Translations under genes and position numbers: made by a program
Origin: Octopus vulgaris
Lineage: Eukaryota
DNA length: 64,000 bases
Assembly (NCBI GenBank): GCA_951406725.2
Contig: OX597828.1
Span: forward strand, 49,848,001-49,912,000
Direction: 5' to 3'
Shown here: positions 11,887 to 24,623 of the stretch, piece by piece
Layout: the number at the start of each line of letters is the position of its first letter
Position numbering within the stretch: position 1 is the first letter of the stretch
The notes under the pieces: generated by a model
Told to the model about the DNA's origin: nothing
Seen by the model: the letters and a program-made list of their open reading frames with translations, nothing else
Databases searched by the model: none

Positions 11887-12413
11887 GATTATGAATATGG
11901 TACAAGCAATTACAAGGGATCAAGATTACAGGTGTTCTGTGGTACAAATAACCAAACAATTAGCTGCACTAATTCCAGGTAACCAGCCAGTCACTGGGTC
12001 ACCAACATTGGAGCTTGATGCAGTTGTCTGACTCACTGGAACCTGTCAACCCATTCAACACATGGAGATTGAATGATGATGATGACAATGATGATGATGA
12101 GTCTGACTGAAGATCTTCTTTTCCCTGCATCTTGTACACAGCATACATCTGCTTGTCTCTGCTCTAACATCTCCATAATTTCTCCATATCTATCTTTTTG
12201 TCATGACAACACTGAAGATGACATTCTGGACATTTTGTACCTCACAGGAAGAGGAGATTTTCTATTTGATTATGGTGACAAAAGGCAGGTTGTTTTGTTG
12301 TCTGGATCTGAAAAGGATAGAGTGAGAATTGGTAGTATGATAATTTGATGACTATTCCATGCATGTTCTCCCCTAGTCACTCCACTAAGATAGTGTTATA
12401 CCTATATACACAA

Positions 12414-12806
12414 CTAGCAGTATCGCCCAGCATTGCTCGGGTTTGTTTCAACCCTTTAGAATTGGAATTTTTGAAAAGTAAAAATTTTGCCTTATGCAAC
12501 TTGTTATTCTCTTTAAGTGAACATTTTCTTGGTTGAAATACACCGAAAAATGGCGACACAGCAGTCAAAAAATCGTAAAAAATAGGGATTTTCATAGAAA
12601 AAAAAGCACCTTTTTGATGTAAATGATTTTTGGTGTTAACATGGTCCAATTTGAATTTTTTCTTCTACGGAATGAAGAGCAAGCCTTCTTCTATCATACT
12701 CTCAATTTTGGTCAACTTGCGCCGCAGGGTCTTGGAGGAGATAGTGTTAGTTGAAGGCTACCAAACCTGCCATACACAGACAACTTCAGCTTTATATATA
12801 TAGAGA
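12414..12806 (-). mobile_element. Non-autonomous Helitron
   Basis: Minus strand reads A|TCTCTATATATATAAAG...CCCGAGCAATGCTGGG hairpin...CTAG|T. Inserted between A and T, no TSD. Confidence 0.8.
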
Positions 12807-13525
12807 TGAGGAATTTTGCATTGGTTCAACTGTGACATTTTGGGGGTATGTTTTTACAACTGGATAGCCTTCCAGAAAACCTGTCAGCGACAGGAGTGAT
12901 GAAAAGCAATTTAAGTACAAACCAGCAATTTTGATGGGAATGGGTTAGTCTATAAGACCAATACTTTATTTTATCAACTCCAGAAAAATAAATTTCAGAA
13001 TTGTCCCACAAGCAGCTGAGAAACCATGTGTCTCCATGGTGTTTAGGCAACAGGTGGTTTGCTACAAGGGGTACTTAGAACGGCAATCTGATACTTAGGT
13101 AGTTAAGAATGAAGCAATCTCTGAGCTCTCTGCAGAAAGGAAGGTTTAGCTTTGAAGAAATTAAGAATGTTTGGAGGGGTGGTGGTGATGGTGGTGGCTG
13201 GCATCATATTTGAAGTTAGTGACCCGGCCGAAGCCAGTGCCGCCTCGACTGGCTTCCGTGCAGGTGGCACGTAAAATGCACCAATCCGACCGTGGCCGAT
13301 GCCAGCCTCGCCTGGCACCAGTGCAGGTGGCACGTAAAAAGCACCACTACACTCACGGAGTGGTTGGCGTTAGGAAGGGCATCCAGCTGTAGAAACATTG
13401 CCAGATAAGACCGGAGCCTGGTGCAGCCTTCTGGCTTCTCAGATCCCCGGTCGAACCGTCCAACCCATGCTAGCATGGAGAACGGACGTTAAACGATGAT
13501 GATGATGATGATATATATATATATA

Positions 13526-13725
13526 CAGGCAAATCAAAATAAAAAACTTTTAGATGGTCGTAAGTCAAAAGAACATACACAGTGAATGTATTAGGTTGAT
13601 GCTCAGAGAAAGTTTAAGATGGAATAAAGAGGTGGGGGGGGGAAGGAGGTGTGTAACGTTTCGGGCATGGTTCTTCATCAGAAAGAGAAAAGAAGAAAAA
13701 GAATAGTTTGAGAAAAGCATGTGTC
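13526..13725 (-). mobile_element. Short Penelope-like fragment with degenerate HHR-like motif (13654-13681)
   Basis: Minus strand CTGATGA-a-gaac-cat-gccc-GAAAC-GTT. 3' end at (TA)n. Confidence 0.45.
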
Positions 13726-14139
13726 GTTATGTGTGTGTGTGTGCGTGCAGGCGTGTATGTATATATATTATGTCCAACCCAAGCCAGCTTGGAAAGTGAA
13801 CGTTAAATGATGACGATAACGTGTATATATGTGTGTGTGTGGGTGTGTATAAAGGATCAAAGGTCCAAATGCTCATAAAAGCTGGTTTGTTGGATTCTGT
13901 GAAATATATACACTTCCTCACCCCACCCCCAGATGGGACGCAGGATTACTCATTTTTAACAGTTGAGTGGACTGGAGCAACATGAAATGAAGAGGTTTTG
14001 TTCAAGAGGCCCAACGCATCGCTCGGACCTGGAATCGAAACTACAATCTTACGATCTTACAATCTTACGTCCTAACCATCATACCACGTACTTACACACA
14101 CACACACACTTGCCAGTATGGAAAACGGACGTTAATATA

Positions 14140-14193
<54 letters not shown>

Positions 14194-14279
14194 CGGTGCC
14201 CCAGCTAGGCCGCAGTCTATTCACTGCAACAAGAAAAAAGATCTATATATATATATATATATAAAACCCTATCTTACTT

Positions 14280-14339
<60 letters not shown>

Positions 14340-14789
14340 TATATATATACTAATATGCATAATTGGTGCATATGAACACATACACACGTACACTATCGTG
14401 AACATATATAGTGTGTGTGTGTGCATTCGTTCATATAAGTGCACACACATTATGCTATGATAGCATAAATGGTGCATGTTTACATAGATATGCCGTGCAT
14501 ATTTAGTAATTACACATATACACAAATACAATCTATGTCTATACGTACACCTATGTAACATTGTGTACGTGTGTGTGTACGTGTGTGTGTGTGTATATAT
14601 ATATATATGTGTGTCAGTATGTGTGTGTGTGTGTGCTGAGGGGGAGATATATTTTGATTTTAAGTTTTATTCTTATTGGCAATGCCCTTGAAGGAAATGA
14701 ATGGATGTCATAACTTGTCATTACCTCCCCCACTATTATTCCTGTACAACGTTATATGTCTTTGTGAAGAATTTCAATTTAAAAAAACC

Positions 14790-15418
14790 CCTACAAAACC
14801 CGAAGTTAAGGTGTAGCTGTGGTGATGTTCATTACAGTCCAGTGACAGTTCGGACCGCCAACCTGTTCCGTTAATCAGTTATTCCATCCGCTACCTCTAC
14901 AGTTCAGTTACACCACTTGGGCTGTCAGTAAAGGCATGGAAGCCACAACATCTGTTTACGTTTTCCCTACATAGAAAGAAAAAAACAACAAAACGAGTGC
15001 TTATTTTTAGTGTGGAAAAAAAAAAAGAATCCATGTCGACGACGACGGTGGCGGTGGCGGTAGTGGGGGGTGACAGCGATGGTGATTGTATCGGTAGTAG
15101 TAGTAGTAACAACCGCAAAAAACGGTGGTAGCAGTAGCAGCAAGCAAGCAGCAAGCAAACATCTGCTGCTGCACCTGTAGCAGTAGTATCAACTGCAACA
15201 GCAGTGTCAGCTGTGCTTGTATGTAAACCAGCAAAGCAGTAGTATCAACTGCAACGGGGATCAGCAGCAACAGCAGTAGCAGTATCATCATCATCATCAG
15301 TATCATCATCAGCATTAGCAGCATTAGCATTAGCAGCAGCAACAGCAGCAGTAGTAGCTAGCTCATGAATTATTCATGAGGTCGAGAAGGAGGCTTTTCT
15401 AGAAGGAAGGGCAGCACC
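14790..15418 (+). promoter_or_regulatory. Candidate core promoter and long CAG/CAT-rich 5' UTR
   Basis: Non-repeat, CpG-containing sequence with Inr-like TCAGTT (14875-14880, 14904-14909), directly upstream of a Kozak-like ATG. Confidence 0.4.
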
Positions 15419-15470
15419 ATGTCGGACCGCGAGAGTGATGAAGATCAACAACAGCAGGCACAAAATAGAG
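15419..15470 (+). CDS. Putative first coding exon of an unidentified gene (MSDRESDEDQQQQAQNR + 1 nt, phase-1 intron)
   Basis: GCAGCACC-ATG context, acidic N-terminal peptide, donor AG|GTTAGC at 15471. No downstream exon identified in the window. Confidence 0.5.
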
Positions 15471-15784
15471 GTTAGCATTTTCATTTCAGAATTCACTTTT
15501 AGGTAATTTATTGACAATTCATACCAAAGTATCCATCACACACTACATACACCCAGCTACCGTTTGTGGCATTCACTTTACACTTTACACTATGCTATAT
15601 GCTCTTCTACACCATGACATATATATACGCACACACAGACAAACACACAGACACACACATACATATATGTATATATATATACACACACACACAGACACAC
15701 ATATATGTATATATATATATATATATACACACACACAGACACACACACACATATATGTATATATATATATATACACACACACAC

Positions 15785-15817
<33 letters not shown>

Positions 15818-16108
15818 GACACACATATATATACTATATGTATATACACACACACATATACACATTGATATATTGACATATATATGCATGTGTATGACAT
15901 TCATGGATCGATGAGCAGTATATATATATACACACACACACATCTACACATATATTTATATACACACATTCTCTACATACTATATATATATATGTATACA
16001 TGCATATCGTATATAATATATATATACATACGTACATGTATGTACTTTCTCTATTTGCATATATGTATATCTCAGAATCTATTTACATACTTTCTCATAT
16101 ATACTTAC

Positions 16109-16167
<59 letters not shown>

Positions 16168-16768
16168 AAGACAAACTGTAGCGTTCACTCCTGTGCGTTG
16201 ATGTTGTTGTTCTTTAACCCTAGGTCAGGCCTAGTCCTAATCAAGCAAACCTTATTCATGATCAGACGTTCCAGACCAGATCGTCCGTTTTTTTAAAATT
16301 TCATTTTAGGACCTCACCAACTATTTTCTCCAACATGTCCTTCCTTTTTGGCTTTTCTAATATTTTTTTTTTTATCCTAATCTATAAAAATGTGAGGTTT
16401 GCAATCTGAAGGAAGATTTGGCTGCTATTTCTAGCGTAGTGGTTTCCGCATTTTTGCCGTATATTCTTCGACACTTCTCTGTTCCCAGTTCGAATTTCTT
16501 TAGAATTCACTCTCCCTCTTTTTTACACAGACATGTATACATCCATCCATCTATCTATCTATCTATCTTATCTATCTTTATCTATCTCTTTATCCATCCA
16601 TCTATCTCTCTCTCTGTCTCTATCTATCTCTCTCTCTTTCTCTATCTCTCTCTCTCTTTCTATCTATCTATATATATATATATGTAGGTCCCGGGTTGAT
16701 TCGGGGTTAACCACAGTAAGTAAGGTACTCAATACATGGCAGAGTAAAATTAATTTATTATATAGAAG

Positions 16769-16821
16769 GAGCTTCTACAGGACCAGTACTGTTTCATTCA
16801 AGAGAAATCTTCAGGAAGCTC
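16769..16821 (-). ncRNA. Type I hammerhead ribozyme motif
   Basis: gagcttc-CTGAAGA-t ttc tctt gaa t-GAAA-cag tactggtc ctg-TA-gaagctc. 7-bp helix I. Confidence 0.7.
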
Positions 16822-16830
16822 AGGGCTTCA

Positions 16831-16883
16831 GGGCTTCCTGAAGATTTCTCTTGAATGAAACAGTACTGGTCCTGTAGAAGCTC
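16831..16883 (+). ncRNA. Type I hammerhead ribozyme motif (inverted twin of 16769-16821)
   Basis: gggcttc-CTGAAGA-tttctcttgaat-GAAA-cagtactggtcctg-TA-gaagctc. Confidence 0.7.
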
Positions 16884-16895
16884 CTTCTATATAAT

Positions 16896-16926
<31 letters not shown>

Positions 16927-17353
16927 TATATGTATATATTTATATATATGTATATATATGTGTATATATATAATTTCCCTGTGATATACATAAATATATA
17001 CATAAATATATATATATATATGTGTATATATATAATTTCCCTGTGATATACATCAACGAATGTCAGCAAATTAGTATATCATCATATATGAGTGTTATCG
17101 ACACCTGTTGATATGAATGTGTGTATGTATGTATGTATGTATGTATGTACATACATACATACATACAAAGTTCGTGTTTATATATATAAACGTACTTATG
17201 TGTCGATCTGTGTTTATCATATGTGTCCCTATGTAATATCCAATTTGGCATTCCTGTGTCAGTGTGTGTGTGTGTAGATGTACATGTGTCACGTGTATAT
17301 ATATATATATATGTGTGTGTGTGTATGTGTGTCATCTGTATGTGTGTATATCT

Positions 17354-17384
<31 letters not shown>

Positions 17385-18182
17385 CATACACACACACACA
17401 TATATATATATACACACACACATGTACATACACGTATGAGACGCTACTTAGCTGTTGCTTCTCATACACACATGTACATAGATGTCCTTGCCACTATCAC
17501 ACCTCTCTCATGCCATGTCTCCTCTCCTCTCACTCTTCTTACTCTCTCGCTCCGAGTTTGTTTTTCCTTCCCCACTTACTCTATCGCAAGTGTCTTTGCC
17601 TCTCCCCGATACCCACTCTATATATCATCTGTCTCCTCCCCTTCTATATCACACCTTTCTCACTCTTTTTCTACTCTGTATATCTTGTCCCTTTTTCTTT
17701 CCCTCTCTCTCTCTCTCTCCATTTTTTATCACTGTTCCCTCTTCCTATCTTTCACTCAATGTTTCTATCTTTCTATCACTTCCCTCTCTCTACTAACCTG
17801 TTTTTATATACGCATTCACATAGACATATAATAAATAAAATTCTCTATATTGATATCTCTTTATACACACATTCTTATATGCATATATACACAAATTCTC
17901 TCTCCTAACCTCTTTTATACACACATTGATTCTCTCTTTCTTTCTTTCTCGCCCTCTCCATTAACCTTTTTATATGTATACACACACATATATATATCTC
18001 TTAATGTAAGGGTCTCTCACTAACTTAAAAATCTTTTTCACTTGCATCTATAAATATTTTTCCCTGTCCTTCCATTTCTTCTCTCTCTCTCTCCAACACC
18101 ATTTCTCTCTTGGAGAACTCAGAGTATCTTCGGAGTGAAGCCTCAGTTTCGAATAAATGAACACACACACACACATACATAT

Positions 18183-18231
<49 letters not shown>

Positions 18232-18609
18232 CTCTCTATCTGACATCTCCCTATGAGCATTCTATGGTACACCACCACGGACAGGTCTCTCAACAATTGT
18301 ATCTTCACCCGTTGTTATTACTGATACTGGTCCATATCGAACACACACTCATCGTCCTCTTAAATCTTTCTGTCCATCTCAAATAAATATACAACTCACT
18401 GCAATAGAATGGCCTTCATTTGAGGATTTCTTGAAAAAAAAAAAATCTAATGTCAGCATATATTATCATCACCAGCGCAATCACCGTTCCCACCACACAC
18501 CACATTTAGCTGGGAACGAGCAAAAATCGAATTCACCTCCTCCTGTAGCTTTTGGAGGTTTTTCTCCTCCCCCGTTTCTAGTTTCGATTTTGTTGCTACA
18601 GTGTGTGTG

Positions 18610-18686
<77 letters not shown>

Positions 18687-18828
18687 TCTATATGACCAAC
18701 AGACACTGCTCCTCAATGATAACCATACGTACACATACAGAATTTGAAAAGGAGTTGCCGAAGGACGAGGGGAGAGATATGAAATGAAACCTTAGATATG
18801 GTTACGAAGGACTGGTTAAACACACTGC

Positions 18829-18859
<31 letters not shown>

Positions 18860-18866
<7 letters not shown>

Positions 18867-19200
18867 TTGCACGCATGCACGCGCGCGTGAGGGGCGTTCC
18901 GCGGACGTAGTATGTGTGCGCGTGCGTGTACATGGCAATAACTGTGTGTGTGTGTGTAAGACAGAAAGAGAGGGAGAGAAAGAGGGGGGACGGCTAAAGA
19001 AAGATGAAGTATTGAGTATATTGTGTGTGTGTGTGTGTGTGTGTGTAGAAGATGCAAAAGATGTGTGATGCTGAAAGAACTAAAACATACCAACAGATTG
19101 TTCCTGTTGCAATAGTCTGGATGGTGACGTGCTCAGCTGCAATGCCTAGCAACTTTTGATGTAGCCACACTAGTACCTCCTCCCACGCAAAACTCTACAC
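18860..19200. promoter_or_regulatory. Candidate internal promoter or enhancer
   Basis: CpG cluster at 18870-18930, GTGACGTG (~19123), RFX-like CCTAGCAAC (~19145). Confidence 0.25.
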
Positions 19201-19442
19201 TATATTTCTCTCTCTCTTTCTCTTACACATACACGTATTCTACAGTTGTTAGTATATTCTTTACTGTATATTCTCTGCTGTATATTTTCACTCTTATATA
19301 ATGGAATACACATTGTCAAAATAGACAGCCGGTATGCGTTTGGAGTTATCTGGTAGAACTCTCTCTCTCTTTCTCTTTTTACACATATAACATATATTAC
19401 TATATCAGTATAATATATATATGTATATATATATATATATAT

Positions 19443-19473
<31 letters not shown>

Positions 19474-19593
19474 ATGTATATATATATGCACATAATGTAT
19501 ATATATACACATAATATTTATATGTATATGTAAACGATGATGATGTATATATATATATATTAACATGTATATATATATAAATATATACACATG

Positions 19594-19656
<63 letters not shown>

Positions 19657-20704
19657 AAGGTTCGTTTTCCATGCTGGCTTGTGTTGGACCATTTTATATA
19701 TATATATATATATATAGTATCCACTGATCAGATGGAATTCATTGAGGCAGATTTTCTCCAACCGGATACTCTACCTATTGCCAACACACAATTGTTTCCA
19801 AGCAAGGTAATATTTCTCATCACTGGACATGTTTTTATGGAAGATTGGAAACGAATGGCAATGCTTGTACGAAGGTGACACTTGTTTACATGATACCAAG
19901 TCTAGAGGTGCACACACACACCACGTGCACACATGCTTTTCATTCAATGTCCATCTGTTAAATTTGCTCAAGGCTTTGGTTGGTCTGGGGGTATAAAGTA
20001 AGATGCATATAATACTTATAGATATAGTATTTACAGATATATATTTAGGTTAAGGTGTAGTTGTGAAGCTTTTTCCCATTCATGTATTCTTGGGTTCAGT
20101 TCCACTGCATATTGCCATGAGCAAGTATCTTCTTCTATTGCTCTGGGCCAACCAACAACTTAGGAATGGATCTATAAGGCAGAAACTGAAAGGAGTGGTG
20201 TATGTATGTGTGTGTGTGTGTGTTAGTGTGTAGCCTTGTCTAGATATCACACAATAGTTGTAAGTGAGCGTCACTGTCATACAAGTGAGGTTATTTCCAG
20301 GCTTCTGTAAAAAACATGTCTAGTTATGGGAAAATATTACCTTGCTTGGAAACAGTGAAGTTTGGTAACAGGAAGGGTGTCCTGCAGTAGAAAATCTGTC
20401 TCAACAAACGCTGTATAATCCATGCAAGCATGGAAAAAATAGACATTAAATGATGATGATATATATGATAAATATATATACTTTACATATATGATATATA
20501 TTATATGTACTTTATATATATATACATACATAGATACACACACACATTACGTACAGGCATGGCTATATGGTTAAGAAGTTTGCTTGCCAACCATATGGTT
20601 TCTGGTTCACATAGCACTTTGAGAAGTATCTTCTAATATAGCCCTAGGCTAATCAAAGCCTTGTTTGTGAATTTGGTAGATGAAAACTGAAAGAAGTAAA
20701 TATA

Positions 20705-21531
20705 TGAGGGCGTACCCAAAAGTAGCCGGAAATGTTCTCTGTGGGACAAGCCCGTTGTAGTTCAGGCTTTTGCCACTAGAAGCCTCTTGATGTAATCCTC
20801 AGGCATCAGCCTGCCGACCGTCATTGTCCAGTGGGGGTCATACTGCCATGTGGTGCGTTCATTGATTTTTGCGATGGCTGAAATGAAGAAATAATGACTT
20901 ATGTGAAATTCTGTTTTCTGGTGGGGAAAACACCGGCTGGAACAGTTGTCATGCTTCGAACACCTTACAAAGTCACTGCTATGAACAAAACACAAGTTTA
21001 CAACTGGTTTTCGTGCTTTAGGAAGGATCATTTGTCGCTTGAGGACGAACCTCATTCAAGGTGGGTGACCGTAAAACATCATGGAAATACTTGAAATGGT
21101 CTTTGAGGACTGTCACTGAACAATTGATGAACTTGTTGATATGACTGCTGTGTTCTGGAGCTCCTGCTAATGAATTTGGAGCGAGGAATTGCAAATGAAA
21201 AGATTTGCAGCAAAATTTGTGCTTCGCTTGCTCAAGGCTTGCTCAAAAGCAGTCATGACTGAATGTGTGTTTTTCGAAGGTCATCACTGGTGATGAGAGC
21301 CAGTGGCTACAGAATTTCCAGAGGTAAAAAGAGGTGAAGAAAAAAAACCGACAGAGACGTTAACAGTCATCACTTTGCAAGAGTTCCAGCGCTGCTTTGA
21401 ATAGTGGAAAATGTGTCTGGACTGATGCATTACTTCCAATGGAGAATACTTTGAAAAAGCGATAAAAGTGTAAAACTAAGTGAATAAAATAATATTGCAA
21501 AATTCCAGTTTCTTTTTGGGTACCCCACTCT
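20705..21531 (+). mobile_element. Internally deleted mariner transposon
   Basis: Imperfect TIRs (GAGGGCGTACCCAAAA / TTTTGGGTACCCCACTC) flanked by TA. ORF VKFCFLVGKTPAGTVVML...QVYNWFSCFRKDHLSLEDEP matches the mariner N-terminal HTH. Confidence 0.85.
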
Positions 21532-21718
21532 TATGTACACATACACAGATACATACATATCCAATATCCTGCAAAGACTCATCTGACCATGGCGAAATAT
21601 TACTGTGCTTGGAAACACCTAAAGGTTGGTGACAAGAAGGACATTGTCTATAGAAAATCTTACTCAAACTTTGTCTGACTGATACAAGCATGAAAAAGTG
21701 CATGTTTATATGACAATG

Positions 21719-21760
<42 letters not shown>

Positions 21761-21763
<3 letters not shown>

Positions 21764-21935
21764 GGAGAAAAAATGTGTCAAAGCCAACAGGAAGCATTCA
21801 ATGCTTCCTAGGGCTAAACAGCGGTGGTGTAATTCCCATACGGGACTGTCACGTTAAGTTGACGGTATACAACCACTCTATCGCTCCACCACCGCTCATG
21901 TCTCTTTGAGACATTTAGAAATTTAATATTTCTGA
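21761..21935. other. Highly structured ~175-bp insert in (TA)n
   Basis: Five stems paired by eye. See findings. Confidence 0.55.
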
Positions 21936-22191
21936 TAAAATATATATATATCACAAAATACATATATATCATAAAATGTGTACGTGCATGCATATACACT
22001 CACACATGCACACATAGTGAGGCTGTGTGTTAAGAAGTTTGCTTCCCAGCCAAATGGCTCTGGTTCAATCCCCACTTTGTGGAACCTTGAGTAAGTGTCT
22101 TCTACTACAGCTCTGGGCTAACCAAAACTTTGTGAGTGGATTTGGTAAACAGAAACTAAAAGAAGCCTGTATGTATATATATATATATATA

Positions 22192-22498
22192 TCACTGTGA
22201 TCACCGTGACCGACCAGACCATCAGATGTTGCTACACATCGCTGGTCACAATGCGTTTGCATTGTTTTAGCCTTCGGACGACGCCAACCCACTGGCTAAG
22301 CGAGCAGGCCAACAGAAGAAAGAGTGAGAGAAAGAGTGGTGAAAGAGTACAGCAGGGATCACCACCCCCTGCCGGAGCCTCGTGAAGGTTTTAGGTGTTT
22401 TCGCTCAATAAACACACACAACGCCCGGTCTGGGAATCGAAACCGCGATCCTCCGACCGCGAGTCCGCTGCCCTAACCACTGGGCCATTGCGCCTCCA
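22192..22498 (-). mobile_element. tRNA-derived SINE (family C head, third tail type ending at (TA)n)
   Basis: Intact A- and B-box-like motifs. Second copy at 58307-58616. Confidence 0.85.
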
Positions 22499-22499
22499 C

Positions 22500-22540
<41 letters not shown>

Positions 22541-22610
22541 ACTGTCCCCTTGCCTTGATATCACGTAATAGTTGTATAATGAGTGTCACTACCATGCAGG
22601 TAGCTATTAG

Positions 22611-22681
22611 CCCTTTTGATACCAATCCACCTGAAACCACCTCTGGTGAGCATCTCAAACATAAATATGGTAACAAAAAGG
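22611..22681. mobile_element. Tiny piggyBac-like MITE
   Basis: TTAG|CCCTTTTGATACCA...TGGTAACAAAAAGG|TTAA. Confidence 0.45.
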
Positions 22682-24129
22682 TTAATCTTCTGTGAAAATA
22701 TGTCTGGTTAGGGAAAATATTACCTTACTTGTAAAGATGTGAGGGTTGGTGACAAGAAGGGCATCTGGCTGTGGAAAATTCACTACAGCAAAATTCTGTC
22801 TGACTCATGTGAGTATGAATAAGTGGATGTAATGATAATGATTATATATATGTGTGTGTGTGTATATTTATATATCATCATCATTTAACATCTGTTCTCC
22901 ATGCTAGCATGGGTTGGACGGTTCGACCGGGGATCTGGGAAGCCAGAAGGCTGCACCAGGCTCCAGTCTGATCTGGCAGTGTTTCTACAGCTGGATGCCC
23001 TTCCTAACGCCAATCACTCCATGAGTGTAGTGGGTGCGTTTTACATGCCACCGGCACAGGTGCCAGGCGAGGCTGGCAACGGCCATGATCGAATTGGTGC
23101 TTTTTACCCTGCCACCATCACGGAAGCCAGTCAAGGCGGCGCTGGCATCGGCCACGTTCGGATGGTGCTTTTTACATGCTACCGGCACGGAAATATATAT
23201 ATTAAAATGTATTATATGTAATACATATGTATAACCATAGAGAAATATTACCTTGCTTGGAAATAAGTGTTGGCAAAGGAAAGGCATCCTTCTGTAGTTA
23301 ATCTGCCTCAGGAATTCTGTCTGAATCCTGTAAGCATGGAAAGTAGACAGCAAATGATGATGGTTATGAGGATGATCATCTTCATCCATTAATGTCCATT
23401 TCCCATGCTGGCATGGGTTAGACAATTTGATCAGAGCTGGTAAGCTGGAGAGCTGCACTGGGCTCCAGTCGTCTGTTATGGCTTGGTTTCTACAGCTGGA
23501 TGCCCTTCCTAATGCCAGCCACTTTACATGTCACCAGCACAGGTGAGTTTTAGGTGTCACAGGCACAGGCGCCCTTCATGTGGCACAGCTACCTGGCATG
23601 GGTGTGTCTTATGTGTCACTGGCATTGGCCACAACTACAATTTCACATAGATTGATGTGTCTTCTCAAGCACACACACATATATATATATATTACCGCTT
23701 GACTGGCCCTCGTGCCGGTGGCACATAAAATCACCCACTACATTCTCGGAGTGGTTGGCGTTAGGAAGGGCATCCAGCTGTAGAAACACTGCCAGACCTC
23801 AGTCAAATCGTCCAACCCATGCTAGCATGGAAAGTGGACGTTAAACGATGATGATGATGTATATATATATTTATAATTACTGTACCTGTCATCATCATCA
23901 TCGTTTAACGTCCGCTTTCCATGCTAGCATGGGTACACACACACACACACAGAAGGGCAAGTATTGGTGTGAGGTTAAGAGGTTCACTTCTGAAACACAT
24001 GGAAGCAAACATCTTAACCACATGGTTTTGGGTTTAGTCCCACTGCGTGGAATCTTTGTCTGGAGTCTTCTACTACAGGTGTGTGACCTGAAATAAACTA
24101 AAATAAGCTTGTTTTATTCTGTGTATGTA

Positions 24130-24188
<59 letters not shown>

Positions 24189-24532
24189 TAGTAGTAGTAC
24201 TGGGGGTCTTCCTTTCCAATCAGCTGCATAAACATGTCTGGTTATATTACTATGCTTGAAAAATGGGTGAAAGTTGACGACAGAGTATCCAGTCATAGAA
24301 AATCAGCTTCTACAAATTGTCTGACCCATTGAAAAATAGATGATGATATACATGTGTGTGTGTGTATATATTTGTATATATGTGTGTGTATATATATGTA
24401 TATGTGTGTGTGTGTATATATATATATACCGGAGTAAACACATAAATGTGAAACAAGGTGGAAAAAAGAGTACTCAAATACCAGTGGTAGAGTAATATGC
24501 TTTATTTAAAGCAGCAGAAAATTCAACAAAAC

Positions 24533-24570
24533 CTGTTACTCTGAGTTTCCCGTTGCCGTTCGTCGGACAG
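24533..24570 (-). ncRNA. Minimal hammerhead motif (U4C variant) in insert 24429-24611
   Basis: ctgt-CCGACGA-a cg GCAA cg g-GAAA-ctc a gag-TA-acag. Palindromic helix III with a 1-nt loop. Confidence 0.6.
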
Positions 24571-24623
24571 TTTTTGCTAGAATGGAACCGATATGTCAAT
24601 TCTATCCAGACTATATATATATA

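Noticed and set aside
18120-18155. Minus-strand GAAAC...CCGAAGA as a type II hammerhead
   Set aside because: No room for helix I and no helix II pairing.
22425-22498. tRNA gene
   Set aside because: The tRNA-like head continues into a multi-copy SINE body. The same applies to the other SINE heads.
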